Assembly: GCA_000002445.1 (NCBI GenBank)
Contig: CP000070.1
Span: forward strand, 1,152,001 to 1,216,000
From: Trypanosoma brucei
Lineage: Eukaryota
Direction: 5' to 3'
Length of the DNA: 64,000 bases
The first letter of the stretch is position 1. Each line of letters begins with the position of its first letter. The position numbers and the translations under genes were made by a program. This document shows positions 1-9,757 of this stretch, one piece after another. The notes under the pieces are model-generated. The model did no database searches, had not been told where the DNA came from, and saw nothing but the letters and a program-made list of their open reading frames with translations.

Positions 1-865
1 TTTGTTTTAACAGCTTCATCGGTGATCTGTCAATGCTTCCATGCTTATCGATATGATACTTTGTGAACCACGGATCATCCTCGCGTACGACGCGTTGCAG
101 TGCCTCAAGCTTCGCTGTACCCAAGTGAAACTGCGGTAGAAGTTGGACCTTCTCCTCCTCAAATTTCTGTTGATCTCCGTCTCCTTCCTCGTCATCCTCG
201 TATGCGTCCTCCTTTCCGCTATCCTCTCCTTCTTCGTCCTCCTCAGACTCTTCCATTGACATTACATCCTCTGCGTCATCCTCTTCTAGTGAGCCATCCT
301 CCGTCCCAACCTCTTGTCCATCGCTCTCAATTGCGTAACTGTTTTCCTCCTCAAGTTCCTCAAGTTCTTCTTCCTCGTCTTCCTCTTCATCCTGTGGAAG
401 GAATGTCCTCCAGTCGTCATCCCCACCATCCGACGGTACTGTGCCGTTCACGGCGGTTGTATCCACGTTACTCAAATCATTGTCACGCTGATTTTCAACA
501 CCTTTACGCTTACTGTTGTTACCGTTATTATTGTCATTACCATTGTGACTATTATTACGACCGCGTTTCACTGCCCGGCCTCCATCGGCTATTCCCAGCA
601 CGCGACGCAGTGCCAAAAGGGACTTTTCCTCCTTACGTGCCTCCAGTTCCGAGTCAGTGGAAGCCGCCTCACTCTCACTGCTGCTGCTGCTGCTGATCGC
701 AGCGAGTTCCTCAGCTTCACGCTTGGCCGCGTAGTAATCGACTAGTTCATTATGCTTTAAACGTCGTTCTTCTTTGGAAGCACCCTTTGTACCTCGACGA
801 CGGTGAGTGGCAAGGCGCTTCTGCTTGTTCTTAAGCCTCTTAAAAAAGCCGCCCGGCTTTCCCAT
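1..865 (-). CDS. Partial CDS running off the window edge: the protein N-terminus is at 865 and the C-terminus lies beyond coordinate 1. The product is a hypothetical highly charged protein with a basic N-terminus (MGKPGGFFKRLKNKQKRLATHRRRGTKG...), a poly-Ser run and long Glu/Asp-rich stretches.
   Basis: Manual reverse-complement translation from the ATG at 865..863 gives about 288 codons with no stop, using plus-strand triplets in phase 2 mod 3 down to position 2. The six-frame track lists only complete ORFs and so omits it. The plus-strand ORFs 100..696 and 314..745 are its low-complexity, Pro-rich mirror images. Its orientation matches every other gene in the window. Confidence 0.45.
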   Translation of the reverse strand, partial: MGKPGGFFKRLKNKQKRLATHRRRGTKGASKEERRLKHNELVDYYAAKREAEELAAISSSSSSESEAASTDSELEARKEEKSLLALRRVLGIADGGRAVKRGRNNSHNGNDNNNGNNSKRKGVENQRDNDLSNVDTTAVNGTVPSDGGDDDWRTFLPQDEEEDEEEELEELEEENSYAIESDGQEVGTEDGSLEEDDAEDVMSMEESEEDEEGEDSGKEDAYEDDEEGDGDQQKFEEEKVQLLPQFHLGTAKLEALQRVVREDDPWFTKYHIDKHGSIDRSPMKLLKQ

Positions 866-1206
866 GCGTTATCACTTATTACGAGGAAACAGGTATCTCC
901 CGGAAGCGGTCCTTTTTCCTTGGGTCCCACTCTTTTCTCCTCTTTATTCCTCACACGCGTGAGCCGATGCGCTGCTCAGTCGCTGTGTCAACAACCGAGG
1001 AGGGAGAATAACGGATTAGTAAAACAAGAAAATAGGAAAAAAAAGGGACGGGTTAATCTTATATTTCAATCAAAGAAAAATCCCAACAACAATACTGCAA
1101 ATCGCCATTTGTCGCGAGAGTGAAGGCTTATCGCCTGAATCATGCCCCTCGTGGTCCCACACCCTTTTCAACCTAGCAAAAACGACTTACCTTCATTCCG
1201 CGTACC

Positions 1207-1686
1207 CTAAGTTACTGGAACTGTAGCGGCTGCCGTTATCGCTTCCTCCTGAGCCTGAATGACCTTTACACAGGCATTAACCACACCCCTAAAGTGCTGC
1301 TGGCACTCCCTCAGTGCCTCTGATGGGGCAACTGCAAACCATTTGGCAGGATCTTCTCCTGCGCTGTCTCCGCAGTTAACTAGCTTCCACACTGCACAGT
1401 CGACATTGTCGTCGCTAATTGCGGCAGCGCCCACACCGGCATCACCGCCGTTGCCACCGTCTTTCATCTCACGAACAATGCAATATTGAGGCTTTACGGC
1501 ACCAGCTGCTGTTGGAACAGCTTCCCACGCCAAAAGTAATCCGGTGCGGTCCATTTGTCTTTGGGCGTTGCTAAACGAGAAGTGCGCATGCTGGAGCATG
1601 CGGTGTAGGATGGTGCGAGAATCTTCCAACAACTGCAATTTGCTCATAGCCTTTTCGAATTTGCTGTCAGAGAGACTCGGGTTCAT
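1207..1686 (-). CDS. Hypothetical protein, 159 aa
   Basis: Complete minus-strand ORF, co-directional with its neighbours, with non-repetitive composition. I recognise no motif. Confidence 0.4.
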   Translation of the reverse strand: MNPSLSDSKFEKAMSKLQLLEDSRTILHRMLQHAHFSFSNAQRQMDRTGLLLAWEAVPTAAGAVKPQYCIVREMKDGGNGGDAGVGAAAISDDNVDCAVWKLVNCGDSAGEDPAKWFAVAPSEALRECQQHFRGVVNACVKVIQAQEEAITAAATVPVT

Positions 1687-2350
1687 TGTAGTCTTGTTAA
1701 CTCCTCATGCATTAACTGGAAGAAAATACTCCGTTATGCCCTCTAGTTGACAACGACGAAAGGAAATGAGAGAAAGGAGTATGGGAAAGCTGCGTCTTTT
1801 ACCTTCCTGCAATCAGGTGCATTACAATCTTTAAAACATTTAACACAATGACGTACCACATTTCCCCAATGGAATGCTCGCGGCAAATCCCCCCATTATG
1901 CATAAAATTCGTTTCACCCATCACCTTCCCAACTATCACAACCAGCGGTTGGCAGCCAGAAAAGTTGTTTTCTTCCCCTTATTCCCGTTCGCTCCCTTCA
2001 ACCCTGCACATCATCAAGGTTGTTTCCCTTACTTGCGACACATATTTGTCAACATGGACCAATTTCCCCTCACTGCCACGATTTTTAGACACCCATTGGA
2101 CCCTCTGTCACCTTATGTGCCGACAATAGTTGCGAGATGTGCGCCCCCTTTCGAATCCTTAGGCGGCACGCACAATTCATTGAAGGCTGCTTCCACTGTT
2201 GGATATCACGAAAATAAATACAGTGGTAACGGTTAAAGAAACTAGCGCTCGCGTTGAATAGAATGACAGTGACAACAACAATAACGAGAAATATAGTTTT
2301 AATTAATAGTAAACATAAAACTTGGGGACACGATAAAGAACGAACGATAA

Positions 2351-3343
2351 CTAGGTTGCCAGTCGGTGTTGCTCGTGGCGCTCGTCCATTACTACGTAGG
2401 TTTCCTTCTTATTGCCCACTCTTACCATTTCCAGTGGTTCCTCCAGACTGCTATCACCCTCCCCCGACCCCGCGTGTCGTTGCTGCGCCGCACAACTCAA
2501 AAAATTAAGTGCATCCAAGGGGTTACCAACATCCTGCAGTTGAAAAAAAACACGCAATGTGCCAGTTCGACCGATGGCTTTCAGTACCTCCTCTTTGGAA
2601 ATCACTATAGTCCGTGTCCCGCCTTCTGCGCTCATGGGCAGCTCAGCAATACATCCACCTTTCTCATCCAATAACTTCAAACTGTGCGGTGGTACGATGC
2701 CGTTACGACCTAGTGCAAACAAAACAAACTCCTTTACGTCGTCAACATTGTACACACCGACAACATCCGTGGTGCCTGTCTCTCGCTTGGCCTCCAGCCT
2801 AATAAAAATAAGGTTGCGACTCAGCACAAATCCTCCTGAAGTAAATGGGTTGAGGACTTGTTGGAAGAAACGCGGAATGCTCCACGTGACATTCAGCGTA
2901 CCGATACCAGCCGAGGGCAACTTCTGATGCTCCAGTGTAATCACATCATCATCAAAGTGGAGGTGCAAAATTATCGTGCCATCGCTGCAGACAAAATCTA
3001 ACATGTCATTTTGATGGCAGGTGTTCCAGTGCCCACATCGTTCGGCAGTAGGAGGAATGGTGTGGGCAGTGTGTTGTCTCATGTAGGCACCATCGCTGTT
3101 GACAAAATAGTATGAGTACTTTGGGATCGCTACACTTTTGTAATGCATGTATACACCAATATTACCCTTTTCTGTAATTGCTATGTGGAGGTGAAACTTC
3201 ACCTGAGTGAAACAAGTGACGTTTGCACTGTCCAATGTGGTCCCGGGTCCATATTTACAAAAGTCTTTGATAGTCCAAATAAAGTGCCGACCTGACTTGT
3301 CAGCGGCCCGCATAACACCATAACGCTTTTTAAAGAAACCCAT
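2351..3343 (-). CDS. Hypothetical protein, 330 aa; the N-terminal part may have a MATH/TRAF-like fold, but this is weakly supported
   Basis: Complete minus-strand ORF. Its N-terminal segment HFIWTIKDF...GVYMHY loosely resembles the MATH-domain pattern. No catalytic motif is seen. Confidence 0.45.
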   Translation of the reverse strand: MGFFKKRYGVMRAADKSGRHFIWTIKDFCKYGPGTTLDSANVTCFTQVKFHLHIAITEKGNIGVYMHYKSVAIPKYSYYFVNSDGAYMRQHTAHTIPPTAERCGHWNTCHQNDMLDFVCSDGTIILHLHFDDDVITLEHQKLPSAGIGTLNVTWSIPRFFQQVLNPFTSGGFVLSRNLIFIRLEAKRETGTTDVVGVYNVDDVKEFVLFALGRNGIVPPHSLKLLDEKGGCIAELPMSAEGGTRTIVISKEEVLKAIGRTGTLRVFFQLQDVGNPLDALNFLSCAAQQRHAGSGEGDSSLEEPLEMVRVGNKKETYVVMDERHEQHRLAT

Positions 3344-3994
3344 CTATTCAGTTCCGTCCGTAGCCTTGTTGCGGTTCCTCCAATTTCCCCCTTAAACCGA
3401 TTTTACCTCCGCTTCGTTGTTTCCTTCTTTGCTTGTAACTGGTAGCCACCTGTTTTCTTGTGCACTTACGTCAATATATATATATATATGTATGTTTATT
3501 ATGTCGAATATATGTAACGTAATGTCGCGAGTACAAGTTATCTGCAAACACCGCTTTTCGTCGCCACCTCCTTTTGCTTAACCTTTTGCTTCACACGCCT
3601 CTCACAAATACAACGAAATGAAGGGGAAGTCAAAAATAGAAACGTTTTTCGTGTGCTTAAATAGACGCATGGAGAACCACGGGATCTTACAGCCGTTGTA
3701 GGCACTCTACAAAATTGTAGTGTGCGTATAACACTTGGTATACGGTGTCAACATCTAACGTTTTTCACAATCTATCCTACTGTTTATTTTCATCTACCTG
3801 TCCTTCTAACAACCCTGTCCATATTACGAGGAAGCACCAGGACGAGATGCTCCGCCCACGGACAGAGACATGAATGCCAACAGTACCATGGTGAAGTTCT
3901 ACGGGTTCCATTAAGTAACACAACCCTCGCAACACCCACTATCACAAACGCATGCACACGTGGACTAAAAAGTCAGCAGGCCACCATGCACTTT

Positions 3995-6900
3995 CTAGTA
4001 ACCTGCCAAGTCCCAGATGCTCGCGGCACGTTCGACTTCACTACAAACACCATCAGCACACTTTCGTACGCGTGGCGCACCTCTCATTGGGCTTAGTGAG
4101 GGAAATAGGTAATTGTCGACGTACATTTTCTGGTAGCGCCACTCCGCCGACTCCAGGAATGAAACAGTCACTTTGCTGTAAAAAGGTTGAAGGTGCTGTG
4201 CACCCCTCAATGATTGGGCTCTCTGTTTCCGAAGATGAAGTTTGTAGATTTCTGCATAACCGATCGGTGCCGCGGTGTTACCCTGCTGACGTGCTTTTTG
4301 ACAAACCTGCAGACTCCCACAGGGATTGGAACGGCTCAACGTAACAAATCTCGCTTCCCCTGATGCGGAGGCAGCGCCGTGCGTCGCCGTTCCTGCACAC
4401 TCTGTACCTCGAACCTTTTTCCTGCGCTTGACATTGTAGCCCGTGAAATCGCTATCATTGGCAATAGAACCCTGAACAGCCGACTTGCGCATAAGCAGAG
4501 GGGCCCACGGCCGGTCACGAAGATGCGGGGGAGTGCTGCACCGTCCATCCGTAATGTTGATTGACCAAACAACAGCTTTCTCATGCTGTTTTGGGTGTTC
4601 AGCTTCATCAAAAGTCACCAGGGAGCCAGTGCTCTGTTCGTTCGCCTGATATTCCGCAGGTACCGGGTCTTCCAGTGGCTCAGTGACATCTTTCACCATT
4701 GATAAAGCGGGTTCATTCCGATGTGGCCGCTTGCACAACAGTGAAGCGTCAGTGTACGGTTCAGTAGCGCGTGCCTCATCCTTAAACAGAGCGGTGTTAT
4801 TCGCTTCAATTTCACAATGACCACCTCCGGACCCCGCAACATCACCCGCATATTCTTCAAAACACAAGGATAGACTGGGTGGCCATTGCACCAGTGATCG
4901 ATAACAGTTCAGCTCGTCCCACCGCATTTCATTCCTCGCGTAATACTCAGCTCGTTCATTGTGCCACCGATTTCGTGCTTCTCTTTGAACAAGTTTGAAT
5001 AAAGAAATGTAGCACTGTTCCTCAACACAAGAGACCATATCACTGTAAGAAGAAACAACTTGGTTCGATTGGTCTTCGGTCCACACATAACCCTTGGTTG
5101 GTTCAGCAGTCGGATACGTCGCCTCGACAGCGGGTAATTCATGCTGGTCAGCTACGTCTGCAACACGGAGTGGGGTGGTGACGCGGTGTTCGAGAGCAGC
5201 AGAGTAACGAATCGCTTCAGCGCCCGTGGTAGTGGAAATTGATATATCACAACCACTCCTGTCACTCACGCCAAACAGTGATTTGCCAGCACCTTCAAGC
5301 GGCTCCCTGGTAGTGCTCAGTTCATGGAGCACGGTCGTCAAAACCGTATTCGCACGTTGCTCAGAATCAAGAACAATCTTATCATCTGAGCTTGCACAAA
5401 TACCAGCCACATCAACGCTAAGCATGCTTCCACTCCTCAGCGTGTTCGAGCGCATGACGCGCCGTAACAAGTTTGTAACACCCTCATCTTCTTGGCTTTC
5501 GATGGTGCCTCTTATTGCACATTCCTCACGTTGCAATTCACTAAGCAACTGTTGACACTGGAGGTAGCGTCTTTGTTCCTGTAATCGATATGCACTACGC
5601 TCAGCAGCAGAAGCAGCGGATTCACCTGCCCATCGTAACAAGTTTGTAACACCCTCATCTTCTTGACTTTCGATGGTGCCTCTTATTGCGCATTCCTCAC
5701 GTTGCAATTCACTAAGCAACTGTTGACACTGGAGGTAGCGTCTTTGTTCCTGTAATCGATATGCACTACGCTCAGCAGCAGAAGCAGCGGATTCACCTGC
5801 CCATCGTAACAAGTTTGTAACACCCTCATCTTCTTGGCTTTCGATGGTGCCTCTTATTGCACATTCCTCACGTTGCAATTCACTAAGCAACTGTTGACAC
5901 TGGAGGTAGCGTCTTTGTTCCTGTAACCGATATGCACTACGCTCAGCAGCAGAATCAGCGGATTCACCTGCCCATCGTAACAAGTTTGTAACACCCTCAT
6001 CTTCTTGGCTTTCGATGGTGCCTCTTATTGCGCATTCCTCACGTTGCAATTCACTAAGCAACTGTTGACACTGGAGGTAGCGTCTTTGTTCCTGTAATCG
6101 ATATGCACTACGCTCAGCAGCAGAAGCAGCGGATTCACCTGCCCATCGTAACAAGTTTGTAACACCCTCATCTTCTTGGCTTTCGATGGTGCCTCTTATT
6201 GCACATTCCTCACGTTGCAATTCACTAAGCAACTGTTGACACTGGAGGTAGCGTCTTTGTTCCTGTAATCGATATGCACTACGCTCAGCAGCAGAATCAG
6301 CGGATTCACCTGCCCATCGTAACAAGTTTGTAACACCCTCATCTTCTTGGCTTTCGATGGTGCCTCTTATTGCACATTCCTCACGTTGCAATTCACTAAG
6401 CAACTGTTGACACTGGAGGTAGCGTCTTTGTTCCTGTAATCGATATGCACTACGCTCAGCAGCAGAATCAGCGGATTCACCTGCCCATCGTAACAAGTTT
6501 GTAACACCCTCATCTTCTTGGCTTTCGATGGTGCCTCTTATTGCACATTCCTCACGTTGCAATTCACTAAGCAACTGTTGACACTGGAGGTAGCGTCTTC
6601 GTTCCTGTAATCGATATGCACTACGCTCAGCAGCAGAATCAGCGGATTCACCTGCCCATCGTAACAAGTTTGTAACACCCTCATCTTCTTGGCTTTCGAT
6701 GGTGCCTCTTATTGCACATTCCTCACGTTGCAATTCACTAAGCAACTGTTGACACTGGAGGTAGCGTCTTCGTTCCTGTAATCGATATGCACTACGCTCA
6801 GCAGCAGAATCAGCGGATTCACCTGCCCATCGTAACAAGTTTGTAACACCCTCATCTTCTTGGCTTTCGATGGTGCCTCTTATTGCACATTCCTCACGTT

Positions 6901-8212
6901 GCAATTCACTAAGCAACTGTTGACACTGGAGGTAGCGTCTTCGTTCCTGTAATCGATATGCACTACGCTCAGCAGCAGAATCAGCGGATTCACCTGCCCA
7001 TCGTAACAAGTTTGTAACACCCTCATCTTCTTGACTTTCGATGGTACGCCCGACCACAGCATCCCTGTGTTGAGTTTCGGTCAGCAACTCGTAGCAACGG
7101 TTGCCCAGCGGTGGAGTGCGGGCGCCAACGTTTTGTTTGTTGGGGATGTGTTTCGAATAGTTTGGCAGTGAGGAGCGGTCTTCTTGCGGTTCTCGACGCA
7201 ATATGGAATGATGACTCCAACTACCACCTCGATCACTCCTTTCAGCATGAATTAAATCGTGCGTGGACGAGGCGGAGGCGCTGTTTAGTTTGTCGTTTCG
7301 TAATGCAGAAGGTCGTGCATATCCTGATGTGTTTTCTGTGGAAAAGTGAGGAAAACGGTGATCCAAGTTTGTGACACTAAGGAGATCAGCGGCTGTTACC
7401 GAACTGTGGCCTTCCTCCAGTTCTGCCATATACAGCAACCCGAAAGCCTTCTCGTAGTGCGACGCCAAGAGCCCGTAAGCTGCCCTGCGCCACTGCAACG
7501 TGCGTGTTGCAAACTCCCCGGCAGGATCGTACTCAAAGGAAGAGAAGGACGCGCTCGATGCCTTGCTCAGTAAAGAATCGAATGACGACTCTCCGGAGTG
7601 TAACAATGCGGATGTAGTGTTCATTAATGGTGGTGAGTCTCCTAGCACTGTGGTGGCACCGAGAAATAAAGCAGATGTAACGTTGGTTTCTGAGAAGCCA
7701 GTTGACTGCTTGCGCCTCTGTCTTGAAAGATACTCATCGCTCTTCCCCCGCAACCCCATATTAGGTTGCTTCGTGTCTTTTCCGACGATAGCTGATTCAG
7801 CCCTTTTGGGTAAATGCTTCGCGTGAGTCTGGGTGAGCCCCTCGATGTTTTTGCAAAGAGGAGTCCACTTGGTCTCACTTTTGATATCGTCCGTTCTACT
7901 TTTAAATTCGGGCTTCAATCCCATCTCTATATTTTTTACAGTATGATGATGTTTCTTCGGACTTACACAACTTTTTGGCTGCGATTGCGCCGTTGTGCCA
8001 CTCCGCAACGAACTGTGGTACCCCTTAAGAGCAGAGCCATGGCTGGGGAGGCGAACCAAACCTGTGTGGGCCACCGAGTTCTGACGCATACGTTTAAGGT
8101 AATATTCAATACGAGCAATGTGGCGATCCACCGACGCTATGGATGAAGCAACACCCTCCATCTGACAGGTGGTCGCTTCCTCCTCCTGTAATAATGAGCT
8201 AATACAGAGCAA
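3995..8212 (-). CDS. Large repeat-containing hypothetical protein, 1405 aa, with about 9.3 tandem 57-aa units (GTIESQEDEGVTNLLRWAGESADSAAERSAYRLQE[RQ]RRYLQCQQLLSELQREECAIR) in its central region
   Basis: A single long minus-strand ORF spans the 171-bp nucleotide repeat array in frame. Unique N- and C-terminal domains flank the repeats. Confidence 0.6.
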   Translation of the reverse strand: MLCISSLLQEEEATTCQMEGVASSIASVDRHIARIEYYLKRMRQNSVAHTGLVRLPSHGSALKGYHSSLRSGTTAQSQPKSCVSPKKHHHTVKNIEMGLKPEFKSRTDDIKSETKWTPLCKNIEGLTQTHAKHLPKRAESAIVGKDTKQPNMGLRGKSDEYLSRQRRKQSTGFSETNVTSALFLGATTVLGDSPPLMNTTSALLHSGESSFDSLLSKASSASFSSFEYDPAGEFATRTLQWRRAAYGLLASHYEKAFGLLYMAELEEGHSSVTAADLLSVTNLDHRFPHFSTENTSGYARPSALRNDKLNSASASSTHDLIHAERSDRGGSWSHHSILRREPQEDRSSLPNYSKHIPNKQNVGARTPPLGNRCYELLTETQHRDAVVGRTIESQEDEGVTNLLRWAGESADSAAERSAYRLQERRRYLQCQQLLSELQREECAIRGTIESQEDEGVTNLLRWAGESADSAAERSAYRLQERRRYLQCQQLLSELQREECAIRGTIESQEDEGVTNLLRWAGESADSAAERSAYRLQERRRYLQCQQLLSELQREECAIRGTIESQEDEGVTNLLRWAGESADSAAERSAYRLQEQRRYLQCQQLLSELQREECAIRGTIESQEDEGVTNLLRWAGESADSAAERSAYRLQEQRRYLQCQQLLSELQREECAIRGTIESQEDEGVTNLLRWAGESAASAAERSAYRLQEQRRYLQCQQLLSELQREECAIRGTIESQEDEGVTNLLRWAGESADSAAERSAYRLQEQRRYLQCQQLLSELQREECAIRGTIESQEDEGVTNLLRWAGESAASAAERSAYRLQEQRRYLQCQQLLSELQREECAIRGTIESQEDEGVTNLLRWAGESAASAAERSAYRLQEQRRYLQCQQLLSELQREECAIRGTIESQEDEGVTNLLRRVMRSNTLRSGSMLSVDVAGICASSDDKIVLDSEQRANTVLTTVLHELSTTREPLEGAGKSLFGVSDRSGCDISISTTTGAEAIRYSAALEHRVTTPLRVADVADQHELPAVEATYPTAEPTKGYVWTEDQSNQVVSSYSDMVSCVEEQCYISLFKLVQREARNRWHNERAEYYARNEMRWDELNCYRSLVQWPPSLSLCFEEYAGDVAGSGGGHCEIEANNTALFKDEARATEPYTDASLLCKRPHRNEPALSMVKDVTEPLEDPVPAEYQANEQSTGSLVTFDEAEHPKQHEKAVVWSINITDGRCSTPPHLRDRPWAPLLMRKSAVQGSIANDSDFTGYNVKRRKKVRGTECAGTATHGAASASGEARFVTLSRSNPCGSLQVCQKARQQGNTAAPIGYAEIYKLHLRKQRAQSLRGAQHLQPFYSKVTVSFLESAEWRYQKMYVDNYLFPSLSPMRGAPRVRKCADGVCSEVERAASIWDLAGY
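5455..7045. repeat. In-frame tandem array of a 171-bp unit, about 9.3 copies, more than 97% identical, lying inside the CDS at 3995..8212
   Basis: The string cgtaacaagtttgtaacaccctcatcttctt recurs at 5463, 5634, 5805, 5976, 6147, 6318, 6489, 6660, 6831 and 7002, an exact 171-bp period. Only a few SNP positions vary: tctttg/tcttcg, cagaagcagcgg/cagaatcagcgg, cttattgcac/cttattgcgc, cttggc/cttgac and a single taaccg. Confidence 0.9.
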
Positions 8213-9757
8213 CGTGAATTGGTATCAAGTGTCTTTGGATATATATTTTGCGGAGTCGCAGTGCGGTGCGAAGTTGTTAGTTCTTTAACCGACCGAGTCT
8301 CCGCAGTTGAAAAATTGTATGTATGCGTGTATGTGTGTCTATGTCTATGCGCTGGTAAGAAAAGGAACAGTGCCTGAGGAAGCAAAGATAACAATGTAGT
8401 CTTCGTTCCCTTTTGTACACAATTTCACAAGGCGGAACATCGGACCAAACGGCAATGATGATAGAAGTAATTTTGGAAAGCAATCGGTTTTAACAAAAAC
8501 AACAGAGTAACTTTCCATCAAACACATTATGTGACTAGTTATATGCTGATCTTTGTGTAGCCCGTCGGTGCACAGATAGGTTTTCTCCTGTAAGAATGAA
8601 GAAAATGTACGAAAGAAAGCACATAAACACCAAAGAGATATTTTTAGTCATTTTTGTCGGCAATTGTGTTGCCCGGAACAGCAACCCCCACGTTTGGGCA
8701 ATCGATCCTCCTTGAAAAGCGGGGTTTTCTAATAATATACAACTTCACATAGCTTTCCTTGTCCCCTGCCGACGACTGCACCACACCACACCCCCCCCCC
8801 TCCCACTGATAAGGAGGAGAAAAAGAAGAGAGGGAATATATTAAATTGAGGACCGCGACTACAAAACTTATTCAGGAAATTTTGGAGGTGATATGAATAA
8901 TGGAGTTCATGACATTTCACCCTGGTCTGCAGCCTACATAGCCTCCCCACATTTTGCACGCGTACAAACACTATTGCATGCTAGCTTGGGCCCATCACTG
9001 GCATCAATGCCGTAAGTAATGCGCATTAGCTCACATTTGCGGCATCTACACACAAAAAGAAAAACAGCAGGGAGATGAAGAGGAAGGAGACATACGCAAA
9101 CACACCATTCAGCGTGGTGACAAGATACATTCAGGTCAGTGCTACACGGGCGAAGTGATGGCACAGGGCGTGTGTGTGTGTGTGTGTGTGAGTGGGGGAA
9201 GGCACAACATGTATACGAGTAAGAACACCGACAGAACAACAAATGGGGTATGAGGCGAAACCATCCTCATATCCCCCTCCCACTGGCACTCAACTAAAAA
9301 GAAAAAAAACTCTTTTTAGTAGACAACTTCCCCTTATTCACGCACCACACGAAGGGAAATTGTCCCACCGCGTCAAAGCACTGAAAGCCATGTGACAGGT
9401 CTGCCGAATATCCCTTGTTACTGAACACGCATCCTTACTACACAAACCACAAATATCTCGAAAAGTTGGAGAAAGCAAACATACCAACGATATCGACAAA
9501 CTCACAATGGAAAACAGATCGCATGTCTCAGAACAGTAAACTACAAGACAGTAGCCCGACTACCTCCAGTAAAGTGCAAAATGGATGGCCGCAATCGTAC
9601 AGCTTGGCCCCTCAAGTACACACAAAAGACAGTGTATACTTGAAAGCCAAACAGAGATACTGTGAGGCACAACACCTCAACTCTCGCCCGTGCTTAAACA
9701 ACCCAACACCCTCGCACACTTTCCTCCGCCATATTACCGACACAAACCCACTCCGTC

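Noticed and set aside
100-745. Plus-strand ORFs 100..696 and 314..745 (Pro/Leu-rich, low complexity)
   Set aside because: They are the antisense mirror of a Glu/Asp-rich minus-strand coding region. The track appears to use a GTG start for one of them, their composition is untypical of real proteins, and all other genes here are on the minus strand.
5455-7045. A regularly spaced repeat array that could be mistaken for a CRISPR or satellite locus
   Set aside because: The unit is 171 bp with no spacer/repeat alternation. It is fully in-frame within a long ORF in a eukaryotic genome, so it is a coding tandem repeat.
8213-9757. Small ORFs in the spacer, for example 8934..9242 (minus strand) and 9415..9765 (plus strand)
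   Set aside because: They are composed of microsatellite-derived low-complexity sequence (His/Thr/Cys runs from the (GT)n and (CA)n tracts) and have no protein-like features.
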